Part shown: one piece after another, positions 26,405 to 37,529 of the stretch
Layout: each line of letters begins with the position of its first letter
Position numbering within the stretch: the first letter of the stretch is position 1
Origin: Rhynchobatus australiae
Taxonomy: Eukaryota
Direction: 5' to 3'
NCBI GenBank assembly: GCA_034780895.1
Contig: JAUZTB010000063.1
Coordinates: forward strand, 20,017,764-20,081,763
DNA length: 64,000 nt
Program-made: the position numbers and the translations under genes
Notes under the pieces: generated by a model
The model's database searches: none
Told to the model about the DNA's origin: nothing
The model's input: the letters and a program-made list of their open reading frames with translations, nothing else

Positions 26405-26880
26405 CAAATCAAGAACCTATACACCTCCACTTTAAATATGCCCAATGAATTGGCCCCCATAGCCATCTGTGGCAATAAATTCCACAGAGTCACCACCCTC
26501 TGGCTAAAGAAATTCCAACTCAGCTGTGTTCTAAAGGGACGTCCTTATTTTCTGAGGCTGTGCCCTCTAGTCCTAGAGTCTCCCATTACTGGAAACATTC
26601 TCTCCATGTCCACTCTATCCAGCCTTTCAATATTTGATAGGTTTCAATGAGAACCCCCCTCATCCTTCTAAACTCCAGTGAGTACAGGCCCAGAGCCACT
26701 GAGCGCTCCTCGTATGTTAACCCTTTCATTCTCTGGATCATTCTTACAAACCTCTGGACATTCTCCAATGCCAGTAAATCCTTCCTGAGATATGGGGCCC
26801 AAAACTGCTCACAATACTCCAAGTGTGGTCTGACCAACACCTTATAAAGGCCTCAGCATTACCCCCATTTGCTCCCACTC
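26405..26880 (-). mobile_element. CR1 LINE 3' fragment
   Basis: LVRPHLEYCEQFWAPYLRKD...GLTYEER...LGLYSLEFRRMRG, the CR1 ORF2 C-terminus. Confidence 0.9.
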
Positions 26881-27581
26881 TGCCTNNNNNNNNNNNNNNN
26901 NNNNNNNNNNNNNNNNNNNNNNNNNNNNNNNNNNNNNNNNNNNNNNNNNNNNNNNNNNNNNNNNNNNNNNNNNNNNNNNNNNNNNGCAAAGCCAAGACTG
27001 TATTGCAGTAGCATTGTTGTTACTGAAACTGATAACCAAAAATATAGTGTAGCTTAATTCTAGATCAAGCACTGCGAAACCTTAATTTTCTTTAAGGGGT
27101 GAATCATTTTTACCCTTTGAATCACTTAAACCCTTTTAATGTCATTGCCAGAATACTTAACCTTCTATTAACACTGATTATATTCAAAGAGTGTTATGTT
27201 AGTTATTCGGTTGATGTGTAGTTCTGTTCCAGCAGAAAATCCCTAGCTTCCCTGGAGCAATTAAGCAAATACTCCATGTTCAGCACTTTAGCTCCAAGTA
27301 ATGGCAGTTGTTCCATGCACTTCAGAGAAGGATACGAATTGTAGCCATTTGTACTTAATGCTGTAAAGATGACATTTTGCCCACCTAGAGAATATGATCC
27401 AGCTTTTTAAACAGTACACTATAAATTGCTTTTGTTTTATGAGACTACAAGTGAGTTATGTGCACATCTGAATTTTCACTCTCAAAGTAGGGATAATGTT
27501 TGGAGAAAAATGGTTTCGAATATAGTAATATGCCTTCTTGCAGAATGACTGCAAGTGAATAGTACAGACCACTTAGTATCA

Positions 27582-27829
27582 GAAACAAGAGACTGCAGAT
27601 CCTGGAATCTGGAGCAACAGACAATGTGCTGGAGGAACTCAGCAGGTCGTGCAGCATTTGTAGGAGGAAAGAAATTTCTTGCCACTCCCCTTCTCCTCTG
27701 TGCTGGCCATCTCACCTCTCCACTCTCAGTCCTGATGCAGGATTTCGACCCAAAACGTCAACAAGTTCTTTCCTCCCACAAGTGCTGTATGACCTGCAGA
27801 GTTCCTCTAGCACATTGTTTGTTGCTCCA
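27582..27829. mobile_element. Miniature PLE-derived element with 64-bp inverted arms and internal hammerhead-like core
   Basis: 27610-27673 is the reverse complement of 27766-27829 (57/64 identical). The loop contains AGTC-CTGATGCA-GGATTTCGACCC-AAAA-CGTC. Confidence 0.75.
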
Positions 27830-28238
27830 CTTTATTATCAGCATCACTGGGNNNNNNNNNNNNNNNNNNNNNNNNNNNNNNNNNNNNNNNNNNNNNNNNN
27901 NNNNNNNNNNNNNNNNNNNNNNNNNNNNNNNNNNNNNNNNNNNNNNNNNNNCGCCCCGCCCAACAAGGCTAGAAAATATACGGCAGACAGTTAAAATGGC
28001 CATCTTTTGTCTTGTACTTTATTTAGGTTTCGCGCTAATTTTATCTCATTAACAAATGCTGACTTGCCAATAATAAATTTCTGACTTGTTACTCTTCTTT
28101 CCTGCTTTTGATTTCCCTGGTGTATGAAGACCTGCACTTGGTACTGTCTTTGCAAATGACAAAAGCTACTAACTGGGTAAAAATAGAAACTGAACTTAAG
28201 CCAAACTTTGCATTTAAATTTTTATCCATTTCCTTTAG

Positions 28239-28406
28239 AACTACCAATGAAATAAAAAATTTACAGTATCTACCTCGTGCAAGTGAACCACGTGAAATGC
28301 TCTTTGAGGATAGGACTCGAGCCCATGCGGATCATATTGGACAAGGATTTGAGCGCCAGACTACAGCAGCTGTTGGAGTGTTGAAAGCTGTACAGTGTGG
28401 AGATTG
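28239..28406 (+). CDS. RSBN1L: RSBN1L coding exon (168 nt) with HxD metal-binding motif
   Basis: tttcctttAG acceptor. Translates TTNEIKNLQYLPRASEPREMLFEDRTRAHADHIGQGFERQTTAAVGVLKAVQCGD(W); donor TG|GTATGT; phases compatible with both neighbours. Confidence 0.94.
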
Positions 28407-29314
28407 GTATGTGAATTTGATTGGCTTGTACTATGTGCTGCTAATTATAAAGGTTGAAGAAAAATCTATCTGTCCTTAGTTACTGATTTTAAAGCTGAAG
28501 CTTTTATGCCCATCTTTAATATTACTTGAAACATTATGAAGCTTGACAACTTTTTAAATGTTAAAGGTTAGAATGTTGGTAGTAAATTTGCTTACTTTGG
28601 AAAGGATGTCTGGCATTTTTTTTTTGCATGCATGTCAAATTTGATATGCAAGTTACATGAACAAACTGTTCATGCATTGCTGCTGGCCATTCTAATATTT
28701 GAATTTGTCTTTTTATTTAGCACTTTTTTTCACCACGTAGTAAATGTAACACTTTTCTGAAAACTATAAAGCTAGTTGCATTTCTTTGTCATTATTTAGT
28801 CACAAAGTCCTTACCTTGAATGTAATTGGGGAAACTAATATTATGCTTTTTCTCTAATTTATGTTTGATATATGTGATACTATGGTTTGAAATCTAGTGG
28901 CAGCCCTATGCTTAAACTCTGATCTATATTGAGAAGCAGGCATTTCAATTGGATTTGACATTCCTAGACTTATCAGTGCTATGGGTAGGAGAGATATAAT
29001 CAACATTTATCAAAATGGCAGTATCTTTCAAGTTGAAATTTCAATTTTATGTTCTTAATTCTAATGGTAAGTTGAGAAGTATTTCTGCCTACATTACTTA
29101 TATTGTTTCACCACTCTATATTTTTCACATTTCTTTACATCACAGAAGGAACCTGTTCACCCCATGCATTCTACATTTGGCTCTTGGCTCACTCCTATCA
29201 TTCCATTCCCCCAGTTACCCTCCTGCAGCCTATTCCTTCTTTTAAATGCCCCCAGTTATCTCCCTGTAACCTATTCTCTTTAACTTACCCCAATTCTACC
29301 ACACACCTACACAA

Positions 29315-29508
29315 GGGACAATTTACAGTAGGTAGTTAACCTGCCAGCTCACTCACCCTTGAGTGATGAACTCTGAGCTTTGGAGAAAGCCATGTGGAGA
29401 CAGAGAGAACTTGCAAACTCCACACAGATGAAGCCAGAGATCAGGATCAAGCTCCAGTTGCTGGACCTATGCAGTAGGAGAATTAACTGCTGTACCACTG
29501 TGCTGCCC
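29315..29508 (-). mobile_element. tRNA-derived SINE
   Basis: Reverse strand starts GGGCAGCACAGTGGTACAGC (A-box-like), with body TGTGTGGAGTTTGCAAGTTCTC typical of fish/shark V-SINE-type elements. Confidence 0.6.
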
Positions 29509-29759
29509 AATTTCTGTAAATTCCCATAAAATGTGCTTTGGGAAGAGTTGACAATAGCAAGTATTACCTGGATGGCAAGGGTTGTGGGGAGGAGAAAGCA
29601 CAGTTTAAACTGCTACAGCCTTGGGGGTGTGGTGGATGATTGTTCCATATTAAATCCAAATTTCCATATGATATAGAAGGAAGCTGCTTTGGCTTATCAT
29701 CGATGCTGGCTCACAGAGCAAATCCCATTTCCTCAACTAATTTTTTCCTTGCAACTTTT

Positions 29760-30445
29760 TAGAACATAGAACAGTACAATACAGTATGGGCCTTTGGGCC
29801 CACGGTGTTCCAACCAACATAAACCAACTCCACGACCAATCTAACCCTTCCCTCCTACACAGCCCATAACCGTCCATTTTTCTTACATCTATGCGCCTAT
29901 CTAAGAGTCTCTTAAATGTCCCTATTGTATCAGCCTCTACCACCACCCCCAGCAGTGCATTCCAGGCACCCATCACTCTTTTTGTTTTAAGAGAAACCTA
30001 CCTCTGACATCTCCCCTAAACTTTCTCCACTCTCCTTAAATGGATGTCCTCTGGTACTTGTCATTGCTGCCCTGGGAAAAAGGTGCTGGCTGTCCACTCT
30101 ATCTATGACTTTCATACTCTTGTACAGCTCTATCAAGCCTCCTCTCATCCTCCTATGCTCCAAAGAGAAAAGTCCTAGCTTGTGCAACATTTCCTTATAA
30201 GACATGCTCTCTAATCCAGGCAGCATCCTGGTAAATCTCCTCTGCTCCCTAAAGCTTCCACGTGCTTCCTACAATGAGGCAACCAGAACTGAACACAATA
30301 CTCTGAGTGTGGTCTAACCAGAGTTTTAGAGAGCAACAACATCACACTGTGGCTCTTGAACCCTGTTCCCCGACAAATGAAGGCCAGCACACCATATGCC
30401 ACCTTAATCACCCTATTAACTTGTGCGGTAACTTTGAGGGATCTG
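29760..30445 (-). mobile_element. CR1 LINE 3' fragment with tail
   Basis: LVRPHSEYCVQFWLPH and LGLFSLEHRRMRGGLIELYK; AGAACATAGAAC-type tail repeat. Confidence 0.9.
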
Positions 30446-31049
30446 TCAACTATATCATGTTTAAACTTAAAAAAAAATTAGGAGTGGCACTGTTGATTCT
30501 TTGCTTAAATTTGAGGAAGTTTGGAGTCTATTCATTCAATATTTTCATATGATATAGATCCCTTTTCAATAATCTTTGAACTTAAAGGAGTGGAGTTGAT
30601 GACTTAATAATNNNNNNNNNNNNNNNNNNNNNNNNNNNNNNNNNNNNNNNNNNNNNNNNNNNNNNNNNNNNNNNNNNNNNNNNNNNNNNNNNNNNNNNNN
30701 NNNNNNNNNNNNNNNNNNNNNNNNNNNNNNNNNNNNNNNNNNNNNNNNNNNNNNNNNNNNNNNNNNNNNNNNNNNNNNNNNNNNNNNNNNNNNNNNNNNN
30801 NNNNNNNNNNNNNNNNNNNNNNNNNNNNNNNNNNNNNNNNNNNNNNNNNNNNNNNNNNNNNNNNNNNNNNNNNNNNNNNNNNNNNNNNNNNNNNNNNNNN
30901 NNNNNNNNNNNNNNNNNNNNNNNNNNNNNNNNNNNNNNNNNNNNNNNNNNNNNNNNNNNNNNNNNNNNNNNNNNNNNNNNNNNNNNNNNNNNNNNNNNNN
31001 AGGGCCTGTTACCACACTGTAAATAAAATTTAAAATTAAAAAAAAAATT

Positions 31050-31212
31050 TAAATTGACCTACCAGTCCGCACAGCTTTGGGATGTGGGAGGAAATTGGAG
31101 CACTTGAGGGGAAACTCATGGTCAGAAGGAAAATGTGCAAATTCCATACTGACAGCACAGAAGATCAGGGTGAACATGGATCGTTGGAGCTGTCAGACAG
31201 CTGTGCCACTCT
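31050..31212 (-). mobile_element. tRNA-derived SINE, same family as 29315-29508
   Basis: Shared TGCAAATTCCATACTGACAG body and a GTGGCACAG head on the reverse strand. Confidence 0.55.
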
Positions 31213-32439
31213 ATTGATGTATTCTGGTATACATCATTCTAGATACTGGTGTATGTTTGGTTTTGCTGACTTCATAATAAACACAAGCATATCAGCTGAT
31301 TTGAAAACTACTTGTAATCTTGGAATATCAAAGTAGTAAAAGGAATTCATGTTAACTGGGACTGAAGTAAGAACATTCAACTTGGTTGAATATTATATCT
31401 TGGCTGATTTGATCTTTGTGCCCAATAACGATCATCCACCCTACACTCCAAAATCTATCCATAACGACGACACAGCACCACAACTATGAGAGAGAGAATT
31501 CCAAAGACTTGCAGTCCACTGAAGATGCTCTTCAATAACTAAACTTGATCACAGATCTGGATACTATGCCCTCTAGTTCTATGCTTTCCCTCACAGGAAG
31601 AAACATCCTATTTACCTTGTCAAGCCCCAAATAGAATCTTGTATTCTTAATGCCACCTTTTCATTTATTCTGCTGAATTTCCTTTCAAAGGACAACACCC
31701 TAACGGTAGGATTCTGGCTAATGAAGTTTTCCTACTGTGCCTTCCAGGCAGGTGTATCTTTCTTGAAATGAAACTTAAGCAGTATTTCAGTTCTGGTCTC
31801 ACCAAAATCTTTTATTTTTGTAGTTGGGCTTCTATGCTTATACTCTTTAACTCTTGCAGCAGAGGGCAAAATTCTGTTTACCTTAATTGCTGTAGCTTCA
31901 TGTTAATTTTGTCTGTCTTAGACAAGGACAGCCAGACATNNNNNNNNNNNNNNNNNNNNNNNNNNNNNNNNNNNNNNNNNNNNNNNNNNNNNNNNNNNNN
32001 NNNNNNNNNNNNNNNNNNNNNNNNNNNNNNNNNNNNNNNGACATGAAACATTGAAGTTTAATGGTCTCGTTCTGTTTAAATAATATTCTGCTTTTCTGGT
32101 ATTCCTAACACATTGGATAATCACAGTTCACCTCAAGATACATTTTTGCAATTTTTTAATTATTTCTTGGGATCTGAGCCTTGCTGGTAAGGCCAGCATT
32201 TGTTGCTAAATTGCCCTTTGGAAGATAATGGTGAACTGCTGCATCCATTCAGATGGAGTTGTTCTTATGCTTCTGTGTAGGTATTTCCAAGATTTAAAAC
32301 CCAGTGGCAATGAAAGACTGTGTAACTTGCAGATGATAATGTTCCTGTGTACCTGCTGCTGCTGTTGTTTGAGCTTCCTTATCCTGGATTAAATGTCTGG
32401 CTTGTGCCTTGTAGATGTTGGATAGGCTTTGGGTTGTCA

Positions 32440-34090
32440 TTCACTTAATTAACCTATCTATATCCTAACTTTGTGTCCTCATCACAATTTGCTTTTCCAT
32501 CTATTATTTGTTCCTTCTGTACATCTGTATGCATTACACTTGATCCCTTCATCTGAGTAAATCATGAATAGATTTTAAAGGCATAGGCCCCTGCACTGAT
32601 CCCTGAGGATCTTCACTAGATACTGCTTCTTAATGTGAAAATGACCCTGTTGCCCTTTAAATCCAGCACATAATAAAACGCACCAGACAATGACTTTGTC
32701 TAACAACTATACTTTATTAATTGCAATTAGTTCAAACAACTCAAAGGTTCACTACATAGTTTCAAACAAGACTTTTTAGTTTCACAACTCTTTTAGTTAC
32801 ACAACTTTTTCATTTACTTTCACAACTCATTTTACCCATTCTTAATGGGCCTGGCTGGAGTTTGATCTTGGCAAGTTCTTCTGATTCCCCTGATTTGGGG
32901 TCGTCGTCTTCAGTGGATGTTCTTTGGAGTCACTGCTGCTGGTCATCTCATAATGCACCTTTTTATAGATTTCGTCACATTCCTTTCAAACAGTGTTGAG
33001 TTCTTCATTGCCACTTAGCTGTAATTCCAATCCTTATCCATTCAAGTATGTTTCTTTAACTTCTTCAAATTCCTGCTGGTGCCATTGCACAATTACTTCA
33101 ACCACTTGGTTCCTTAATTACCAGGGTTTGTTTGTGCTTTTCGTAACTTATCTAATTGTACTTTTCACAAGCCGTCAGTTCCCTAGAAACATCATCATTT
33201 GATTGTTCTGTCCTCCTAATGACTCTCAGTGGGATATTTACAATGGGATTGTTCCCTGGGCTGTAAAGGTGTCTCCTCTATACTGACTGCTAATTGTGTG
33301 ACCTACCTTCAGTGTGTCTCTTTGTTCTGTGCTTCCCAACAAAGTATCCTTCCAGAGGCTGATGGGATACTTGACATCATGCTGGCTGCTACAACCCTTT
33401 TTATCTTTCCTATGTTTTCCATTAACCAATCTTCTGTCCATGCTAATATGTTACCCTCAACCCCATGAGCCCTTCTCTTGCATCATAACCTTATTTCATG
33501 CCTTTTTCCAAATGCTATAGCTCCTTTGCTGTCTTACCCTGCTGGTTGTGTCATCGTAGAACAGTAAAAGATTTTTAAAAGTAATTCTATTTTCATAAAA
33601 TTGTTGCCTCTGCCTAACGATGAGAAGCATCTCTGAGTCCATTGTTATCATTTTCTTAATTCCTGTTTTTTATTTTGCTGACAATGTTAATCTAACTGGC
33701 CTATACTTCACTTTTTTAATGTGCTTTTCTTGAAAAATTTTCCAAGTCATTAGGACATTTTCAAAATCTAATGATCAAAATCTAAATTGCACCCAATACA
33801 TCCTTCTTGTCTGTAGCTAAGTCTTTTAAAACATCAGGATATAGATCATCAGGTTTATGGGATTTCCCATCCCTTAGTCCTAGTAATTTGTCCTTTACTT
33901 CTTTCCTACTAATATCCACTTTTTTTTGTGGCTTTAATGCTTTCCTTGTAAAGACAGGCATATGCTATTTCTTTATAATGTTTGCTGTTTTCCTGTTCCC
34001 CACATTTTTTTTTAATGCCCCTGCCTGAACTTTTTGAGGCATTGTTATTTGTTTTTGCTACTCTCTTCCATTTGACAGCCTTATAGAAGC
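32440..34090 (-). mobile_element. Old CR1 RT remnant interrupted by the solo LTR
   Basis: Matches the CR1 copy at 59800-60700 (e.g. AACCAATC...TCCATGCTAAT) on both sides of the LTR. Confidence 0.65.
32648..33393 (-). mobile_element. Solo LTR (746 bp) nested in a CR1 remnant
   Basis: TGTTGC...GCTACA termini; 4-bp TSD ACCC (32644-32647 and 33394-33397); minus-strand TATAAAAA at ~32960-32967 and AATAAA at 32713-32718; CR1 sequence resumes on both sides. Confidence 0.8.
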
Positions 34091-34904
34091 TGTAACTTAA
34101 TGGTGAAGCATGATTTCTTTTGTATAACAGTTTTAGAATATATAAAGTTAAATTGACATGTCATATTGCATTCATGCCTTGGAGTTTTCCTAGATTGTTT
34201 GCTGAAGTCCATGAATAACAAAATTTCCAGTAAGGGATGAAATTAGAAAAAGTAGCAGCATTAGAAATTGGACATGTTCTGTTCAAGGAAATAACTGAAT
34301 ATTTTATTGTCAGGCTTCTGCATGTGTTTAATGTAGAGAATATCTACCTTGAGGTTCTCCTTAAACTCTAACTCTATTTTCCAATGTCTGTTTGCTGTTT
34401 ACGAACTAAGAGAGTAGCTAAAAGTGACTCTGGACCTATTTAAATTATAAATCTACCCATTTAGATGTCTGTTCAGCATGTCTGAGGAGATTGAAAATAA
34501 CCAAAGATTTGTGGTGAAGTTTCAGCAGCTAGGACTTCTACACTGCAGATAATTAATTATTGAAATAAATTACCATGAATATTGAAATGAAGTAATGAAG
34601 CTGAATGTGCTTTTGGGATGATCATTGAAAGAGGATATGTTCAGTAGGGTTGTAACCTTCAGCTGTGTTAAGTCCAATAGTCATTTAATTGAGTTGAAAA
34701 CTGTCCAGCTGTTCTGTGACCTACCATTATTTAATGTGTAGTGAAGTCTAAATTCTATGTTGCTACCTATAATGCCACACACTCATCAAATGGAGAATGA
34801 CAGGCATCAACTGACCTTCATCCACAGTGGCATCTTTCAAAATGAACAGTTGCCACTGTACTGATTTTTGGCTCAATGGGATTGTTCCTTTTTTCCATTT
34901 TCAG

Positions 34905-35013
34905 GTCTGAACAACCTCGTATAACCAAAGATGTGATTTGTTTTCATTCAGAAGACTTTTTAGAGGTGGTGCAGAGGTTGCAGTTAGATCTGCATGAACC
35001 ACCATTGTCTCAG
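34905..35013 (+). CDS. RSBN1L: RSBN1L coding exon (109 nt)
   Basis: ttttccattttcAG acceptor. Translates [36 protein letters not shown]; donor CAG|GTAATT. Confidence 0.93.
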
Positions 35014-36004
35014 GTAATTCACGTTAAATAATCAAAACACATTTACAAATAATGTTTACACTTAGCATTTAGTTTCTATTTTGGAGAAATTTAAAATTAT
35101 CTTTGTAAATGATGATTAATTATGTTTGTTTTAGCAGGTTGTGTTTTTTGCTTTTCCCCTGGTGGCTGTGACATGTAGGGCCAATTAGGATGGGAAGCTC
35201 TAAATTCAGTTCTTCTGGTTTAGGGAGGGGAATAATCTGCCAAGCCACAGCCTTTGATTAATATCAATGACCCTGTTGAAAAATGTATTTAAGTAGGTGG
35301 CGGGTGAAGAAAATTATAGAGCTGGCACAGTGCACCAAACTTGGGTNNNNNNNNNNNNNNNNNNNNNNNNNNNNNNNNNNNNNNNNNNNNNNNNNNNNNN
35401 NNNNNNNNNNNNNNNNNNNNNNNNNNNNNNNNNNNNNNNNNNNNNNNNNNNNNNNNNNNNNNNNNNNNNNNNNNNNNNNNNNNNNNNNNNNNNNNNNNNN
35501 NNNNNNNNNNNNNNNNNNNNNNNNNNNNNNNNNNNNNNNNNNNNNNNNNNNNNNNNNNNNNNNNNNNNNNNNNNNNNNNNNNNNNNNNNNNNNNNNNNNN
35601 NNNNNNNNNNNNNNNNNNNNNNNNNNNNNNNNNNNNNNNAAAATCTTTATATAAAAAATACCAGTTATGCCAGTTTTGATCTTAGTTTTTTTTGCTTGAA
35701 TATTTATTGGGTAATGTTTCTTTTTTCTCAATAGAAGAATGGATACAGCCACATGAGTGATATAGTCCAGGGAAAATGTGCTCTGGTTCAATTAAAGATT
35801 AGTGTTTCCAGAAAGGATTTTCTGGAAAGGGGGGGGGAGGGGGGAATAGTAAACACAAATAAGAAATCATTTAATTCTTTTTATTGGTGGATTGAGGAAA
35901 AATATTAGCGGTACCTGAACTTGTGTATGCCAGAAATTATTGTATTTATATAGTTCATGTATACAATTTTAATTGCTGAACCTGTTTTGTTTTACCTTTT
36001 TTAG

Positions 36005-36499
36005 TGTGTTCAGTGGGTAGATGATGCAAAGCTCAACCAGATAAGAAGAGAGGGTATTCGTTATGCTAGAATTCAATTGTATGACAATGATGTGTACTTC
36101 ATTCCCCGGAATGTTGTACACCAATTCAAGACTGTCTCTGCAGTTTGCAGCTTAGCATGGCACGTACGGTTGAAACAATATCATCCAGATGCAGGAGATC
36201 CACCTGCTCAAGGTTGTGCTTCTGAAGGCTCAGAATTACTAGCAGACACCAAGTGCCCAGTTATCAAAATGGAGACTGAGGACAAAAAGCAGGGTGATGA
36301 TGATACTGCTGAGAGTGCAAAGCATGAAGAAATCAAGATAGAACTTAATATCACAGAGCTCTCGGAAATTAAAGTGGAGTCTGGAAGCACTGAATCACAG
36401 TATGTAGCTGAATCGAAAGATCTGGCATGTTCAAATACCAAAACTGACTGTGGAGATGAAGAACAGCTACTCTCAGTGAACACAAATGTGCATGACTAG
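36005..36499 (+). CDS. RSBN1L: RSBN1L last coding exon (end of catalytic domain plus acidic tail)
   Basis: tttttAG acceptor. Translates [60 protein letters not shown]...NVHD, TAG at 36497-36499. Confidence 0.94.
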   Translation, partial: CVQWVDDAKLNQIRREGIRYARIQLYDNDVYFIPRNVVHQFKTVSAVCSLAWHVRLKQYHPDAGDPPAQGCASEGSELLADTKCPVIKMETEDKKQGDDDTAESAKHEEIKIELNITELSEIKVESGSTESQYVAESKDLACSNTKTDCGDEEQLLSVNTNVHD

Positions 36500-37048
36500 C
36501 AACACAACTTTTCTTACTGATATGTGTATATTCTTTGGAGCTTTTATTTTTTTTAAATGTATCTTAAAACAATGGTGTGACGTACAAAATATGTTCTTGC
36601 TTATGTAAGCTCTGTGAGGCAAGCTTGTTACTGTTCTTAAGACTGTTACATGGTAGGACAGAAAAGTACATGTAGCTTTGTAACATTCCTCAGTGCCTGT
36701 CCATAACTGTGAAATATAACAGCACTTAGGGGGTGGGTGCACTGTCACACTGCAGATTAAATGGTGGTGGGTTGGGGGTTGGGGGAAGAGGGGTAAGGGA
36801 GGGAATTTTAAAAAAAAATTACTTTTTTATTTTTAGATAAAAAAGTAGTGCAGGTAGAAGCAGAGTTGACTTCGGCGTATACTTTTTTGTAAGCTGAGCC
36901 AAAATTGTTTCCAGGTTCAAGCTTATCCATAGAGCTTATGTCAAACTAGGTGCAAGTTTGAATACTGATATTTGTGTCAACACAGTAGTGTAAATACATT
37001 TTTATTATAATTATGTAGTGTGATTTCAAACTAAATTCTGAACCACTT

Positions 37049-37268
37049 AATAAAGGTTCAGTGTACTTTGATGTTTTTTTATATACTTAAGCATCAATTG
37101 TACTAGCCTTTGGTTGTTTTACACCAACATTATTTTATTTCACCTAATGTAGATGTGATGAAGTTTGTGTAACCATGCAGACAAATCCAGATTTTCTTTA
37201 TTTCTCTCCCAGAGGGAGAAAGAAAGGAATTGAGTGCAAAGTTATCATATTCTAGATTTCAAAATAAA
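37049..37268 (+). promoter_or_regulatory. Candidate RSBN1L polyadenylation signals (AATAAA at 37049 and 37263)
   Basis: Two AATAAA hexamers 550-770 nt after the stop in repeat-free AT-rich UTR-like sequence, each followed by GT/T-rich sequence. Confidence 0.5.
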
Positions 37269-37529
37269 GCTATTCATTATGTGCTGTTCTCCAAGATGAA
37301 GTACTGGTGCCCCTTCAAAGCCAGTTTATAAGGATCTCTGCCTCTTCACTATCTGCAAACTCTGGAATCATTTATGGTCCTGACATTAGTGTGGAGTCTT
37401 TTCATGTTGTTTCTTTATCTCTTCATCTGCATTTAGGCAGGGAAATGTTAAGAGCTTAAGGATTTAATCACAGTTACACAGTCTAGTTTGTTTTTGTGGA
37501 TTGTTCTCCTGTGGATCCATAGCCCCAAG

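Noticed and set aside
29440-29508. tRNA gene
   Set aside because: Decayed tRNA-derived SINE head attached to a SINE body; no cloverleaf.
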